This document shows positions 21,383-32,154 of a stretch of DNA of 64,000 nucleotides, piece after piece. Numbering within the stretch: position 1 is the stretch's first letter; every line of letters begins with the position of its first letter. The position numbers were made by a program, and so were the translations under genes. Source of the DNA: an uncultured Solirubrobacterales bacterium (GTDB lineage Bacteria > Actinomycetota > Thermoleophilia > Solirubrobacterales > 70-9); NCBI GenBank assembly GCA_963695275.1, contig OY968772.1:1627267-1691266 (forward strand), given 5' to 3'. The notes beneath the pieces are model-generated. The model searched no databases, was not told the DNA's origin, and saw only the letters and a program-made list of their open reading frames with translations.

Positions 21383-23836
21383 TCAGCGAACCCGCTTGAC
21401 GCGGAAGCGAAAGACCGCTGCGCTGGGGTCGAGGTTGCCGGCGCGGTCGCGGGCACGGACCTGGACCACATGCTTGCCGGCGCCGAAGCGACGCGAGATC
21501 CGGCGGGCACAGAACCGCAGCAGGCCGCGGTCGACTTTGCAGACGAAGCTGACGCCGGCCTCGTTGGACTTGAAGCGGAAGGTCCCGCGAACGTGGCGGC
21601 GGTGGGTCCGGATCGACTTCGGCGGGTGCTTGGCGATGCTCGTGCGGGGAGCCCTGGTGTCGATCGCGAAGCCGGCGGTGCCGCTGCCGCCGGAGCGGCC
21701 GGCGAGATCGACGCCGCTGACGGCGATGCCGTGGTTGCCGTCGGCCAGCGCCGCCGGCACGACGAAGGGCGAGGCGCAGGGCTGCGCGGGACCGCCGTCG
21801 ACCTCGCAGCTGAAGGCGACCGGGCGGTTGGCGCTGAACTCGATCGTCGGGCGGCGGTTACGGCTCAGCGGCGCCGGCGCTTTCGTGATCGTCACCTGCG
21901 GCGGCAGCGCCAGGGCGGCGACGGCGGCGTAGGCATCGACGAGACCGGCCCCGACCGAGGTCGGGCCGAAGCCACCGACCGGCCGCGCGGTCCCTTCCAG
22001 CGCTGCCCGCACCTGCGCGGCGGAGGCGCCGGGGTCGGCCTGCCGCACCAGAGCGGCGACCGCGGCCGCGTGCGGCGCCGCGGCCGAGGTCCCGAAGAAG
22101 CGCCAGAGCCCCGCGGAGGGAACCCCGAAGAAGGTGTTGACGCCGCCGTCAGTCGCGGCCAGGTCGGGCTTGGCGATGACCCGTTCGCCGGTCGCCGCGG
22201 CCGGTGCCGAACCGGCGACCGGCCCGAAGTAGTGCTTCACCGGGCCCCGCGAGGAGAATCGCTCCGGGGCGCCAGCGTTGTCGTAGCGGACCGCGCCGAC
22301 CCCGATCGCCGCGGCGGCGGCGCTGTGGCCGAAGACGGCCGGCCCGACCACGTCGCCGAGAGAGGATTCCGGGTACTCCGTCTCCGTCACCCCACGGCCG
22401 TTCTCCAGCAGGGCGAACTTGAGCCGCGGCGAGGCACCGCTGAAGCGGTTGATGACAAGTCGGACTTCCTGCGTCGGCCCTTCGTTTTCCCAGGAGAGGA
22501 ACTCGAAGGGATGTTTTGAGCCGCCGACGTTGTCTTCGACGGCGGCGACCGGCGTGCCTTCGACTTCGACCAGTTTCCCTTCGTCGTCGAGCAGGAAGGC
22601 GTCGAGGTCGGTGGCGACCCCGTTCCACGGCTCGGCCCACTGCAGGTCAACCGCCAGTTCCTGGCCGGCTTCGACCGTGATCCCGAAGGTCCGGTCCGAC
22701 GCCGCCCCGGGGTTGAAGTCCATGCAGTGACCGGGGTGCAGGCCCTGCGGGGACGGCACCCCTTCGCCGGCTTCCGTCGCTTCCACTTCTTCGGAGAGGG
22801 GGACCAGCGCCGCCGGGCAGACGCCCGAGTCGCGGAATTCCGGCGCTTCCCAGGAGGCGATGTCGCGGCCGCCCGCGTCGATCAGGTTGTCGTTGCCGGC
22901 AGCCGAGAAGTAGGAGACGCCGGAGGCGACCGCTTCGTTCACCGCCACCGCAACCGGGCCGTCCTGGAAGAACGGCTCTCCGAAGTAGGCAACGTCGTCG
23001 GCGATCACGCTGGCGCCGTCGCCGGCCAGCGCCTTGATGTTCGCGGCGAATGCGGTTTCGCCGGTGAAGGCGGTGGCGAAGTCGATCGCGGCGCCGGGCG
23101 CGAGGTCGTGGACGATCTGGGCCATCGCCCGGCCCTCGTCGGCACCGCCGGGTTCGCCGTCGTCGAGGACCCTGACCGGGGCGGTCGAGCCACAGGGGCT
23201 GCCAGGGCCCGGCAGGTCGCCGCTGGCAACGTCGCCCGCAGCCCCGGTAACCGCCAGCGGGTCGCGGTCGAAGGAGTCGGAGAGGATGCCGACGGTGACG
23301 CCACTGCCGTCGACGCCGAAGGCGGAGCGGGCGCCGGCGGCGTTCAGCTGTTCGTCGCCCTCGGACCTGGCCAGACCACCGCAGTCGGCACCGCGAACCA
23401 GCGGCGCCAGCGCCTCGGTCACGGCATCGACCCCCGTCACCGTGCCGAGGCGCGGCAGGTCGACGGGCCGGACGGCGGCGGTCACCGTGCGGTAGCGGTG
23501 GCCGACGTCGACGATCTCAGCCCCAGCCGCACGCAGGGCCGGGAGGGCGAGGGCAGCGCCACTTTCGAAGCGCGCTTCGACGAGGACGCGATTGCCGACG
23601 CGCAGCAGGCTGCCAGGGCCGCTGGTGGGGAGGCTGAGACTGGCTGCCTGCTCGGCCCTGGGGGCGGTGCGCAGCGCCGGCTGGGCGAGCTCGTCCAGTC
23701 GCGCCGAGAGGCCGGGGTCGGCCGCCGGCGAGGACATCGCCGCTGCCGAGCCGGGCGCCAGCGCACCAACGGCAAGCAGCGCGGCGAGCGAGGCTCGCCA
23801 CGCGGGGCGGCTGCGGTAACTGCGCCGGAGGTTCAT
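21383..23836 (-). CDS. Secreted S8-family serine peptidase with C-terminal Ig-like domains
   Basis: Signal peptide from 'MNLRR..'. Asp is in 'VGILSDSFD', His in 'IVHDLAPGA' and Ser in 'GTSAAAPHAAAVAAL'. Confidence 0.85.
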   Translation of the reverse strand: MNLRRSYRSRPAWRASLAALLAVGALAPGSAAAMSSPAADPGLSARLDELAQPALRTAPRAEQAASLSLPTSGPGSLLRVGNRVLVEARFESGAALALPALRAAGAEIVDVGHRYRTVTAAVRPVDLPRLGTVTGVDAVTEALAPLVRGADCGGLARSEGDEQLNAAGARSAFGVDGSGVTVGILSDSFDRDPLAVTGAAGDVASGDLPGPGSPCGSTAPVRVLDDGEPGGADEGRAMAQIVHDLAPGAAIDFATAFTGETAFAANIKALAGDGASVIADDVAYFGEPFFQDGPVAVAVNEAVASGVSYFSAAGNDNLIDAGGRDIASWEAPEFRDSGVCPAALVPLSEEVEATEAGEGVPSPQGLHPGHCMDFNPGAASDRTFGITVEAGQELAVDLQWAEPWNGVATDLDAFLLDDEGKLVEVEGTPVAAVEDNVGGSKHPFEFLSWENEGPTQEVRLVINRFSGASPRLKFALLENGRGVTETEYPESSLGDVVGPAVFGHSAAAAAIGVGAVRYDNAGAPERFSSRGPVKHYFGPVAGSAPAAATGERVIAKPDLAATDGGVNTFFGVPSAGLWRFFGTSAAAPHAAAVAALVRQADPGASAAQVRAALEGTARPVGGFGPTSVGAGLVDAYAAVAALALPPQVTITKAPAPLSRNRRPTIEFSANRPVAFSCEVDGGPAQPCASPFVVPAALADGNHGIAVSGVDLAGRSGGSGTAGFAIDTRAPRTSIAKHPPKSIRTHRRHVRGTFRFKSNEAGVSFVCKVDRGLLRFCARRISRRFGAGKHVVQVRARDRAGNLDPSAAVFRFRVKRVR

Positions 23837-23906
23837 CTGGGGCGAGGTATCGACACGGCTGGGTATTCCCTGAAACACGGGCAAGGGCGGTTCCGAGCGC
23901 CGCTGG

Positions 23907-24842
23907 TCAGATGTACGAACCGCGCCGGAACCAGATCAGCAGCCCGACCACGGAGAGGATCAGGCTGCCGATCCCGAGCACGAAAAAGGCGGCGGCGCTG
24001 TCGACCCGGGTGACCATCCACTTGAAGTTCTGGCCGAAGAAGCCGACGACGAAGGAGAGCGGCAGGAAGATCGTCGCCACCACGGTCAGTTGCTTGGTGA
24101 TCTGGTTGAGCCGGTTGGAGACGACCGAGAGGTAGGCGTCGCGGGTGCCGGCGAGGAGGTCGCGGTAGGAGTCGATCTGGTCGGAGATGCGGATCGCGTG
24201 GTCGTAGACGTCGCGGAAGTAGTTGCGCGAGTCGGCTTCGAGGCCGGGGATTTCGAGGATGTCGTCGACCCCGCGGGCAAGCAGGTCGCGCTGCGGGGTG
24301 ACGACCCGGCGCAGGCGCACGAGCTCACGGCGCACGGTGGTTATCTCCTCCAGCTGCCGTGGCTGGGGTCGGTCGAAGATCTCGCCGTCGAGGGTTTCCA
24401 TGCGCTCGTCGAGCCGCTCGAGGATCGGGAAGAAGGAGTCGGTGAGGCCGTCGAGGACGCGGTAGATCACGAACTGCTCGGAACTCGGCGCCTGGGCGTC
24501 GAAGCGTTCGCGCGCTTCTTCGAGCACCGTGCAGGAGCGCTCGTGCGAGGTGACGATGTAGCCGCCGCTGAGGAAGGCGTGCACCTCTTCCAGCTCGATC
24601 CCCCCGTCCTTCCCCTCGACCGCGCCGTAGTAGACGAGGAACATGTAGTTCCCGAAGTCCTCCAGCTTCGGCCGCTGCCCGCGCTTGACCATGTCCTCCA
24701 GCGCCAGCGGATGGAAGGAGAAGGTCTCCTCGAGAGCGGCGACTTCCTTCTGGTCGGGGTCGGTCAGGTCGAGCCAGAAGTACTCGTCGCGCTCCAGCAG
24801 GCCGGCGATCGCGTCGCGGTCGATGCGGTCGAAGAAGCGCAC
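23907..24842 (-). CDS. corA: CorA-family divalent cation channel (GQN variant of the GMN motif)
   Basis: CorA cytoplasmic domain plus 2 C-terminal TM helices with 'LPLSFVVGFFGQNF'. Confidence 0.85.
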   Translation of the reverse strand: MRFFDRIDRDAIAGLLERDEYFWLDLTDPDQKEVAALEETFSFHPLALEDMVKRGQRPKLEDFGNYMFLVYYGAVEGKDGGIELEEVHAFLSGGYIVTSHERSCTVLEEARERFDAQAPSSEQFVIYRVLDGLTDSFFPILERLDERMETLDGEIFDRPQPRQLEEITTVRRELVRLRRVVTPQRDLLARGVDDILEIPGLEADSRNYFRDVYDHAIRISDQIDSYRDLLAGTRDAYLSVVSNRLNQITKQLTVVATIFLPLSFVVGFFGQNFKWMVTRVDSAAAFFVLGIGSLILSVVGLLIWFRRGSYI

Positions 24843-25023
24843 ACCACCACGCTAGATCTGCACCCGGACGCCGCCTGTCCCGAATTCGCGGCGCGGACAC
24901 CGCCGATCCTGCTACGGTCCCCTGCGTTAGAGCCGGTTGATACCGGCAAAGTTTGTGTCTAGCGCTCGCGTCGTTGCTTCACCGCATGCTCCGCGTTCGC
25001 AGCACATTTATGTGGAGGCAAGC

Positions 25024-25230
25024 ATGCCTACTGGAACTGTTAAGTGGTTCAGCGACGACAAGGGCTACGGGTTCATTACGCCCGACGACGGCTCGAAGGA
25101 CGTATTCGTGCATCACAGCGCCATCCTGGGTGAGGGCTTCAAGTCCCTGACCGAGGGCGCCAAAGTGAGCTACGAGTCCGAAGAAGGCCCCAAGGGCCCG
25201 GCCGCCGCGAGCGTTCAGCAGACTTCTTAG
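25024..25230 (+). CDS. cspA: Cold-shock protein (CspA family)
   Basis: '[15 protein letters not shown]' (RNP1) and 'VFVHHS' (RNP2). RBS GGAGG lies 5 nt upstream, and there is a long leader as in csp genes. Confidence 0.95.
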   Translation: MPTGTVKWFSDDKGYGFITPDDGSKDVFVHHSAILGEGFKSLTEGAKVSYESEEGPKGPAAASVQQTS

Positions 25231-25256
25231 TCTCGCACCACGCTTAAGCAGCAAAA

Positions 25257-25287
25257 CGGGACCCGCTACGGTGGGTCCCGTTTTTTT
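25257..25287 (+). terminator. Rho-independent terminator of cspA
   Basis: CGGGACCC-gctacggt-GGGTCCCG followed by TTTTTTT. Confidence 0.85.
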
Positions 25288-25358
25288 ATGCAGCTGGGGG
25301 CTGTTCGGCGATTCAGGGCCGAGCAGTCCAAGGACGCAGGAGCGAATGTGCTCTGCAC

Positions 25359-27230
25359 ATGAGCGACGAGGACACAGGAATGCGAAGTGCCATGAAACGC
25401 CGAACAGACCTCAGAAACATCGCGATTATTGCCCACGTGGACCATGGCAAGACGACGCTGGTCGACGCGATGCTGTGGCAGACCGGCACCTTCCGCAAGG
25501 GCCAGGACGTCGCCGAGCGGGTGATGGACTCGATGGACCTCGAGAAGGAGAAGGGGATCACGATCCTCGCCAAGAACACGGCGGTGACCCGCGGCGACGT
25601 CAAGTTCAACATCGTCGACACCCCCGGCCACGCAGACTTCGGCGGCGAGGTCGAGCGCGCCCTGACCATGGTCGACGGCGTCCTGCTCCTGGTCGACGCC
25701 TCCGAGGGACCGCTGCCGCAGACCCGCTTCGTGCTGCGCAAGGCGCTGGAGTCGAAACTGCCGGTGATCCTCGTCGTCAACAAGGTCGACCGGCCCGACG
25801 CCCGCATCGCCGAGGTCGTCGAGGAGGTCTACGAGCTCTTCATCGACCTCGACGCCGACTCCGACCAGATCGACTTCCCGATCGTCTACACCAACGCCAA
25901 AGCCGGCTGGGCGGCGCTCGAGGAGGGGGTCGAGGGCACCGACCTCTCCCCCCTGCTCGACCTGATGCTGGAGCGGATCCCCGCCCCGACCTACGAGGAG
26001 GACCACCCACTGCAGGCGCACGTGACCAACCTCGACGCCTCGCCCTATCTCGGCCGCCTGGCGCTCTGTCGGGTCCGCAACGGGACGATCCGCGCCGGCC
26101 AGCAGATCGCCTGGTGCAAGGCCGACGGCACGGTCGCCCGCGCCACCGTCGCCGAGCTCTTCATCACCGAGGCCCTGGAGCGGGTCTCCGCCAAAGAGGC
26201 CGGGCCGGGCGAACTGATCGCCGTCGCCGGCATGGAAGAGGTGACGATCGGCGAGACCCTGGCCGACGTCGCGGACCCGCGGCCGCTGCCGGTGATCACC
26301 GTCGACGAGCCCTCGCTCTCGATCGTGCTCGGCATCAACACCTCGCCGCTGGCCGGTAAAGAGGGCACCAAGCTGACCGCCCGCCAGGTCCGCGACCGGC
26401 TCGACGCCGAGCTCGTCGGCAACGTCTCGATCCGCGTCCTCGACACCGAGCGCCCCGACGCCTGGGAGGTCCAGGGCCGCGGCGAGCTGCAGCTCGTCGT
26501 GCTGCTGGAGCTGATGCGCCGCGAAGGCTTCGAGATGACCGCCGGCCAGCCGCGCGTCCTCACCCGCGAGGTCGACGGCAAGGTCCACGAGCCGGTCGAG
26601 CGCCTGGCGATCGACGTCCCCGAGGAGCACGTCGGCTCAGTCACCCAGCTGCTCGCCGGGCGCAAGGGCCGGCTCGAGCAGATGGTCAACCACTCGACCG
26701 GGTGGGTGCGGATGGAGTACCTGGTCCCGGCCCGCGGCCTAATTGGGTTCCGCACCGAGTTCCTCACCGAGACCCGCGGCACCGGCATCCTCCACCACGT
26801 CTTCGACCGCTGGGAGCCCTGGGCCGGCGAGCTGCGCACGCGCCCGACCGGCGCCCTCGTCGCCGACCGCCAGGGCAAGACCGCCAGCTTCGCCCTCTTC
26901 AGCCTGCAGGACCGCGGCACCCTCTTCATCGGCCCCGGCGAGGAGGTCTACGAGGGCATGATCGTCGGCGAGAACGCCCGCTCCGAGGACCTCGACGTCA
27001 ACGCGGTCAAGGAGAAGCACCAGACCAACGTCCGCGCCGCCAGCGCCGACCTGCTGGTCCGCCTCACCCCGGCGACCCGGCTCTCGTTGGAGAACTCGCT
27101 GGAGTTCGTGCGCGACGACGAGTGCGTCGAAGTGACGCCCGAGTCGGTCCGCCTGCGCAAGCTGGTGTTGGAGAAAACGGCGCGCCAGAAGGCGGCGCGC
27201 CAGCGCTCCCGCGCCGGCGTCGCCAGCTAA
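25359..27230 (+). CDS. typA: Translational GTPase TypA/BipA
   Basis: '[16 protein letters not shown]', '[12 protein letters not shown]', 'NKVDR' and the BipA-specific C-terminal domain. The true start may be ATG 25380 or 25392. Confidence 0.95.
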   Translation: MSDEDTGMRSAMKRRTDLRNIAIIAHVDHGKTTLVDAMLWQTGTFRKGQDVAERVMDSMDLEKEKGITILAKNTAVTRGDVKFNIVDTPGHADFGGEVERALTMVDGVLLLVDASEGPLPQTRFVLRKALESKLPVILVVNKVDRPDARIAEVVEEVYELFIDLDADSDQIDFPIVYTNAKAGWAALEEGVEGTDLSPLLDLMLERIPAPTYEEDHPLQAHVTNLDASPYLGRLALCRVRNGTIRAGQQIAWCKADGTVARATVAELFITEALERVSAKEAGPGELIAVAGMEEVTIGETLADVADPRPLPVITVDEPSLSIVLGINTSPLAGKEGTKLTARQVRDRLDAELVGNVSIRVLDTERPDAWEVQGRGELQLVVLLELMRREGFEMTAGQPRVLTREVDGKVHEPVERLAIDVPEEHVGSVTQLLAGRKGRLEQMVNHSTGWVRMEYLVPARGLIGFRTEFLTETRGTGILHHVFDRWEPWAGELRTRPTGALVADRQGKTASFALFSLQDRGTLFIGPGEEVYEGMIVGENARSEDLDVNAVKEKHQTNVRAASADLLVRLTPATRLSLENSLEFVRDDECVEVTPESVRLRKLVLEKTARQKAARQRSRAGVAS

Positions 27231-28852
27231 CCCGGCTCGCGGGCGGCTGGTTCCGCCGCGGCGGGCTGCCGGGTCGGGATCCGGCCGGTGAAGGCGAGCC
27301 CGACCAGGGCGAGCAGGGCGAGGACCGCGAGGGCGGTGCGCAACCCGACCAAGCGCGCTTCTTCGTTCTCTTCGACGACCGCGTCGGTGGTCCGCGACGA
27401 GATCCCCGTCGCTTCGTCGAGCGCGGTTTCCAGTTCGTCGTTGGAGAGGAAGGGGATGCCGCCGGAGAGCTCGGTCGAGGCCCGCGCCTGGACCGAGCTC
27501 GGCACCGCGGGGTTTTCTTCGACCCCGGTGAGGAAGGAGGAGCTGAGGGCGGCGATGATGATCGCGCCGGTGAGCGCGGTGCCGATCGAGATGCCGAGGT
27601 TGGTGACCGTGTTCTGCAGACCGCCGACCTCGCCGCTCTGCTCGTCGGGGACGGAGGAGACGGTGACGCTGCCCAGCTGCGAGGCGAGCGCGCCCATCCC
27701 GAGGCCGGCGAGGAGAAGCGGCACGGTGACGATCTCCGCCCCCGCCCCGGCCTCGAGGGCGGCGACCAGGACCACCAACCCGGCGAACATCCCGAGGAAG
27801 CCGAGCCTGACGACCCGGCGCGGCGAGACGTCCGGGAAGGCTTTCGGGATTCCGGCGGCGGCGAGGATCAGGGCGAAGGAGAGCGGCAACAGGCGCACGC
27901 CCGTTTCGATCGCCGAGAGCCCGAGGGCGATCGAGAGGAAGAGCGGCATCGCAAAGAACAACCCACCCTGGAGGAAGTACTGGAAGAAGAACGAGGTGAG
28001 GCCGGCGCGCAGGCCCGAGACCCGCAGGATCGCCGGGTTGACGAGCGGCTCGCCGTCGCGCTCGGCCAGGCGATTCTCCCACCAGAGGAAGAGCGCCAAC
28101 ACCGCGGCGCCGCCGAGCAGCATCCAGATCACCGGTGAGAGCCCGATCCATTCGGGCGCGTCGGGCTTGGCCTTGACGAAGCCCCAGGTCCCGGAGCGGA
28201 GGACGCCGAGCACGATCAGGCCCAGGCCGACCGCCGAGAGCCCGGTCCCGACCAGGTCCAGCTTCACCTTCCGCTCCGCCTCCCCGGCCTCGATGCGACG
28301 GGCGAGGACGAGGATCGCGAGCACGATCAGGACCTCGCCGGCGAAGACGTAGCGCCAGGAGAGGTAGGTGGTGAAGAAGCCGCCGACGATCGGGCCGACC
28401 GCGACCGCGACCGCCGCGGCCGCGGTGACCAGGCCGTAGGCGCGGGGCCTTTCACTGGGGCCGAAGTTGGCCGCGACCAGGGCGACGATCGCAGGGAGGA
28501 TCAGCGCCGCCCCCAAACCCTCCAGGCAGGACCAGCCGATCAGCAGCACCGGCAGGTTCGGCGCCAGCGCGGTGGTCATCGAGCCGCAGCCGTAGATCAC
28601 GCAGCCGATCGCAAAGGCGCGCTTGCGACCGATGATCTGGCCGATCTTGCCGCCGGTGATCATGAACGAGGCCATCACCAGCGTGTAGAGGGTGATCGCC
28701 GTCTGGATCCCGGTGACCGTGGTGCCAACGTCCTTGGCGACGGTGGCGATCGAGACATTCATCACCGAGCTGTCGAGCATCATCAGGAACTGCCCGACGC
28801 AAAGCGTGAAGAGGATCAGGCCGGCGGCGCCGGCGCTCGCCTTGCGGGCCAC
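27227..28852 (-). CDS. MFS transporter, DHA2 (EmrB/QacA-like, 14 TMS)
   Basis: Only the C-terminal 541 codons of the listed 880-aa ORF look coding ('[36 protein letters not shown]..'). GTG 28852 lies 2 nt after the TGA of the upstream DUF2252 gene. Confidence 0.85.
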   Translation of the reverse strand: MARKASAGAAGLILFTLCVGQFLMMLDSSVMNVSIATVAKDVGTTVTGIQTAITLYTLVMASFMITGGKIGQIIGRKRAFAIGCVIYGCGSMTTALAPNLPVLLIGWSCLEGLGAALILPAIVALVAANFGPSERPRAYGLVTAAAAVAVAVGPIVGGFFTTYLSWRYVFAGEVLIVLAILVLARRIEAGEAERKVKLDLVGTGLSAVGLGLIVLGVLRSGTWGFVKAKPDAPEWIGLSPVIWMLLGGAAVLALFLWWENRLAERDGEPLVNPAILRVSGLRAGLTSFFFQYFLQGGLFFAMPLFLSIALGLSAIETGVRLLPLSFALILAAAGIPKAFPDVSPRRVVRLGFLGMFAGLVVLVAALEAGAGAEIVTVPLLLAGLGMGALASQLGSVTVSSVPDEQSGEVGGLQNTVTNLGISIGTALTGAIIIAALSSSFLTGVEENPAVPSSVQARASTELSGGIPFLSNDELETALDEATGISSRTTDAVVEENEEARLVGLRTALAVLALLALVGLAFTGRIPTRQPAAAEPAAREPG

Positions 28853-28854
28853 GT

Positions 28855-30231
28855 TCAGAGCTTCTCGGCGTCGATGCGGCCGGAGTCGATCGCCGCCAGC
28901 AGCGCCGCGTGGTCGCGCTCGCTCTGGTCGGCGTAGCTCTCGGAGAACTCGGCGATCGCCCCGTCGAAGGCGTCGCTGGCACCGAGGTAGGCGGCGATCG
29001 CGATGCGGTCGCCGGAGCGGGCGTGGGCACGGGCCAGGGTCCAGCCGCACATGCGGCCGTAGATCTCCAGCCCGCGCGGGCTCAGCCGCTCGACTTCGAC
29101 CGAGAGCTTCCAGTCCCAGAGCTGGCGCAGGTAGAAATCGCGGTCGCGGCCGTCGAAGCCGACGGCGGGACACCAGCCGAGGAAGATGTCGCTGGCCGCC
29201 TGCATCAGCCGCTGCCCCTCGACCACCCGCCGGCCGTGATTGCGGTAGCGACTGGCACCGGCATAGGGCTCCAGGACCGAGGCCTCGGCCTCCTTCGCCT
29301 GCAGCACCAGCGGGTCGTCGTCGTCGCTGCCGGTCAGCAGCACAGCCCAGGCACGGGTGCCGACGCTGCCCACTCCGACCACCTTGCGGGCGATGTGGCG
29401 GAAGCGGTAGCCGTCGAGCAGATGCTGGCGGTCGGTCGGCAGAGTCTCCCGGTAGGCATCGAGCAGGTGCATGAAGGTCTCGCGCAGGTCGCGGCTCTCG
29501 CCCGCCGGCAGCAGCTCCTCGATCGGGACGATCAGCGGTGGCTGGCTGATGAACCGCAGCTCCCCATCGACCTCGTGCGTGAGCTTCCTCAGCGCTCGCA
29601 GGCTGTCCTTGGAGCGCGCCTTGGCAACGCCCTTTTGGACCCGCCCGACCGCCCGCGGGTCCTCCGCCTCGATCTCGCCCATCACCGCCTCGGTGTCGAG
29701 CCGGGCGTACCAGACTTCGAGGTTGCTCTGGGAGGCGAAGGCGCGCATCGTCTCGCGGTAGGAACGCGCCGCGCTCAGCACCGCGGCGGCGCGCTGCTTG
29801 CGCTTGAAGCCACTTTCGCGGCCGGCGATCGCGAAGCTGGCGGCGAGCCGCTTGACGTCCCACTCCCACGCCCCCGGCAGCGACTCGTCGAAATCGTTGA
29901 GGTCGAAGACGAGGCGGCGGTCGGGGGCGGCGAAGGCGCCGAAGTTGGAGAGATGGGCGTCACCGCAGGCCTGCACCCGCAGACCCGAGGCCGGCGTGGT
30001 CGCGAGGTCGGCGGCCATTACCGCGGCGGCGCCGCGGAAGAAGGCGAAGGGCGAGACCGACATCCGCCCGTAGCGAATCGGCACCAGCTCGGGAACGCGC
30101 GAGGTGGCCTGGCGCTCGAGGATTGCGACCGGGTCCTCACGATCGTCGGGCGGGGACCAGTCGGCGTGGGAGGTGCGGCGGGCGCTCGTGCGTGCGGCCC
30201 GACCCTGCTCTGCTCGTTCGCGAACGTCCAT
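28855..30231 (-). CDS. DUF2252-domain protein
   Basis: 'RYGRMSVSPFAFFRGAA..CGDAHLSNFG..FDLNDFDE' is the DUF2252 signature. Confidence 0.8.
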   Translation of the reverse strand: MDVRERAEQGRAARTSARRTSHADWSPPDDREDPVAILERQATSRVPELVPIRYGRMSVSPFAFFRGAAAVMAADLATTPASGLRVQACGDAHLSNFGAFAAPDRRLVFDLNDFDESLPGAWEWDVKRLAASFAIAGRESGFKRKQRAAAVLSAARSYRETMRAFASQSNLEVWYARLDTEAVMGEIEAEDPRAVGRVQKGVAKARSKDSLRALRKLTHEVDGELRFISQPPLIVPIEELLPAGESRDLRETFMHLLDAYRETLPTDRQHLLDGYRFRHIARKVVGVGSVGTRAWAVLLTGSDDDDPLVLQAKEAEASVLEPYAGASRYRNHGRRVVEGQRLMQAASDIFLGWCPAVGFDGRDRDFYLRQLWDWKLSVEVERLSPRGLEIYGRMCGWTLARAHARSGDRIAIAAYLGASDAFDGAIAEFSESYADQSERDHAALLAAIDSGRIDAEKL

Positions 30232-30301
30232 CCGCGCACCGTACCGCGACGGCGGGCCGATTCCCTCACCCGATCGGGAGGAAATCGGCCCGCCGGTTGA
30301 A

Positions 30302-31528
30302 TCAGACGGACGCGGGTGCCTGCTCCGCCTGGCTCTGCTCGGAGGCCTGGGCCTTGGCGTCCGGCGCCGGCACGTCAGCGGCCTGGCGCGGCAGCAGCAC
30401 TTCTTTGGCGATGACCAGGCGCTGAATCTGGCTGGTCCCCTCGTAGAGCTGCATGATCTTGGCGTCGCGCATCAGTTTCTCGACCGGGTACTCCTTGATG
30501 AAGCCGTAGCCGCCGTAAACCTGGACAGCGTCGGTGGTGACCTCCATCGCCGAGTCGGCGGCGAAGCGCTTGGCCATCGAGGAGATCTTGCTGTTGCGCA
30601 CGCCCTGGTCCAGCAGGAACGCCGAGTTCCAGGTCAGCAGGCGGCCCGCCTCGACCTTGGTCGCCATGTCGGCGATCATGAACTGGATCGCCTGGTGCAT
30701 CGCGATCGGAACGCCGAACTGGACCCTTTCTTTGGAGTAGTCGGTGGCGTACTCGAGCGCCGCGCGGCCGATGCCGACCGCCATCGCGGAGACGCCGGGA
30801 CGGGTGCGGTCGAGGGTCATCATCGCCAGCTTGAAGCCCTTGTGTTCCTCGCCGAGGAGGTTCTCGGCCGGGATCTCGACTTCGTCGAAGGAGATGGTCG
30901 CGGTGTTGGACGCCCGCTGCCCCATCTTGTCCTCCTTCTTGTCGACGGAGACCCCGGGGAGGTCGGCGTCGACGACGAAGGCGCTGATCCCACGGTGACC
31001 GCCCTCAGGGTCGGTCTTGGCGAAGACCGTGAAGTAGTCGGCGTAGGTGCCGTTGGTGATGAAGCACTTGGAGCCGCTGATGACGTACTTGTCGCCCTTC
31101 TTCACGGCCTTGGTCTTCATGCCCGAGACGTCGGAGCCGGCGTCCGGCTCGGTCAGGCAGAAAGAGGCCAGCTTTGGGCTTTCGCACAGCATCCCGAGGT
31201 ACTTCTTCTTCGTCTCCTCGGAGCCGCCGAGGGTGACCGGGGCTGAGGCGAGGCCGTTGGCGGCCAGCGAGGTGCCGATGCCGGAACAGCCCCAACCGAA
31301 CTCCTCCTCGATCAGGCAGCCGGAGAGATAGTCGAGGCCGGGACCGCCGTAGGCCTCGGGGATGTGGGTGTTCATCAACCCAACCTCCCAGGCCTTGTTG
31401 ATCACGTCCTGGGGCCAGCCGCCGTCCTTGTCGAGCTCCCAGGCGACGTTGCGCATGTCTTTCTCGGCGAAGCTGTGGGCCAGCTCCTGCAGGTCCTTCT
31501 GTTCATCGGTCAGGGTGAAGTCAACCAC
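30302..31528 (-). CDS. Acyl-CoA dehydrogenase
   Basis: ACAD N, middle and C domains: 'CLTEPDAGSD', 'ITNG' and 'YEGTSQIQRLVIAKE'. Confidence 0.95.
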   Translation of the reverse strand: MVDFTLTDEQKDLQELAHSFAEKDMRNVAWELDKDGGWPQDVINKAWEVGLMNTHIPEAYGGPGLDYLSGCLIEEEFGWGCSGIGTSLAANGLASAPVTLGGSEETKKKYLGMLCESPKLASFCLTEPDAGSDVSGMKTKAVKKGDKYVISGSKCFITNGTYADYFTVFAKTDPEGGHRGISAFVVDADLPGVSVDKKEDKMGQRASNTATISFDEVEIPAENLLGEEHKGFKLAMMTLDRTRPGVSAMAVGIGRAALEYATDYSKERVQFGVPIAMHQAIQFMIADMATKVEAGRLLTWNSAFLLDQGVRNSKISSMAKRFAADSAMEVTTDAVQVYGGYGFIKEYPVEKLMRDAKIMQLYEGTSQIQRLVIAKEVLLPRQAADVPAPDAKAQASEQSQAEQAPASV

Positions 31529-31599
31529 CGGTCGGGGCTCCTTTTAGTTGCTTGAAGACTTGCTCTGGAGCGCCGCCGCCGGGGCGAGCGTTCCGCCGA

Positions 31600-31615
31600 T
31601 TGACTGGTCAGTCAA
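31600..31615. promoter_or_regulatory. Inverted repeat TTGACTG-gt-CAGTCAA upstream of the acyl-CoA dehydrogenase gene; candidate operator
   Basis: Read directly. It lies 72 nt upstream of ATG 31528 in a divergent intergenic region. Confidence 0.4.
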
Positions 31616-31689
31616 CCAGGCCGAAGGTTAGCGAATGGACCCGCTTCCGTGGGCGGTTTACCCTTGTGATCGTGGATCTGCCGTTGGCC

Positions 31690-32154
31690 ATGTCCCCGAG
31701 CTCGCAGTGCCTGGTGGTGCTGCTCTTCACCGGCGTCGCGGCGCCGGTCGCAGGGATGCTCTTTCGCCACGTCTCCCGCGGCTGGGACTCAGTCGGCAAG
31801 GGCCCGTTCGCGATTGAGCAGCAGCTGCCGCTGGTGCCGCGTTACGTCTCCGGCCCGGCGCCGGCCGTCGATCCCGCGATCCAGGCCGCCGAGGTGCGGC
31901 AGATGCTGAAGGCCAAGCAGGAGCGCCAGCGCCGCCGCGGCGAGGCGCCGATCGACGTCGAGGTGGAGACGACACGGCTGTTGGCGCCCGAGGAGGCACC
32001 CAGCGCTGGCGCCCGCCAGGACGCTGAGCTGCGGGCCGAGGTGCGGCAACTGGTCGTCAGCCGCAACGAACGGCGGATGCGCAAGGGCCTCGATCCGCTC
32101 GATGTCGAGGCCGAGACCAAACGCCAACTCGAAGATTTCGTAGGATCGCCGTAA
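31690..32154 (+). CDS. Hypothetical protein, N-terminal TM plus charged coiled region
   Basis: ORF frame trimmed to ATG 31690 ('MSPSSQCLVVLLFTGVAAPVAGMLF'). Repeated 'RRRGEAPIDVEVET / MRKGLDPLDVEAET' units. Confidence 0.4.
   Translation: MSPSSQCLVVLLFTGVAAPVAGMLFRHVSRGWDSVGKGPFAIEQQLPLVPRYVSGPAPAVDPAIQAAEVRQMLKAKQERQRRRGEAPIDVEVETTRLLAPEEAPSAGARQDAELRAEVRQLVVSRNERRMRKGLDPLDVEAETKRQLEDFVGSP

Noticed and set aside
28853-29869. N-terminal ~340 codons of the listed 880-aa ORF 27227..29869
   Set aside because: It is an off-frame read-through over the DUF2252 gene and is Arg/Pro/Gly-rich. The MFS gene begins at GTG 28852, right after the DUF2252 stop.
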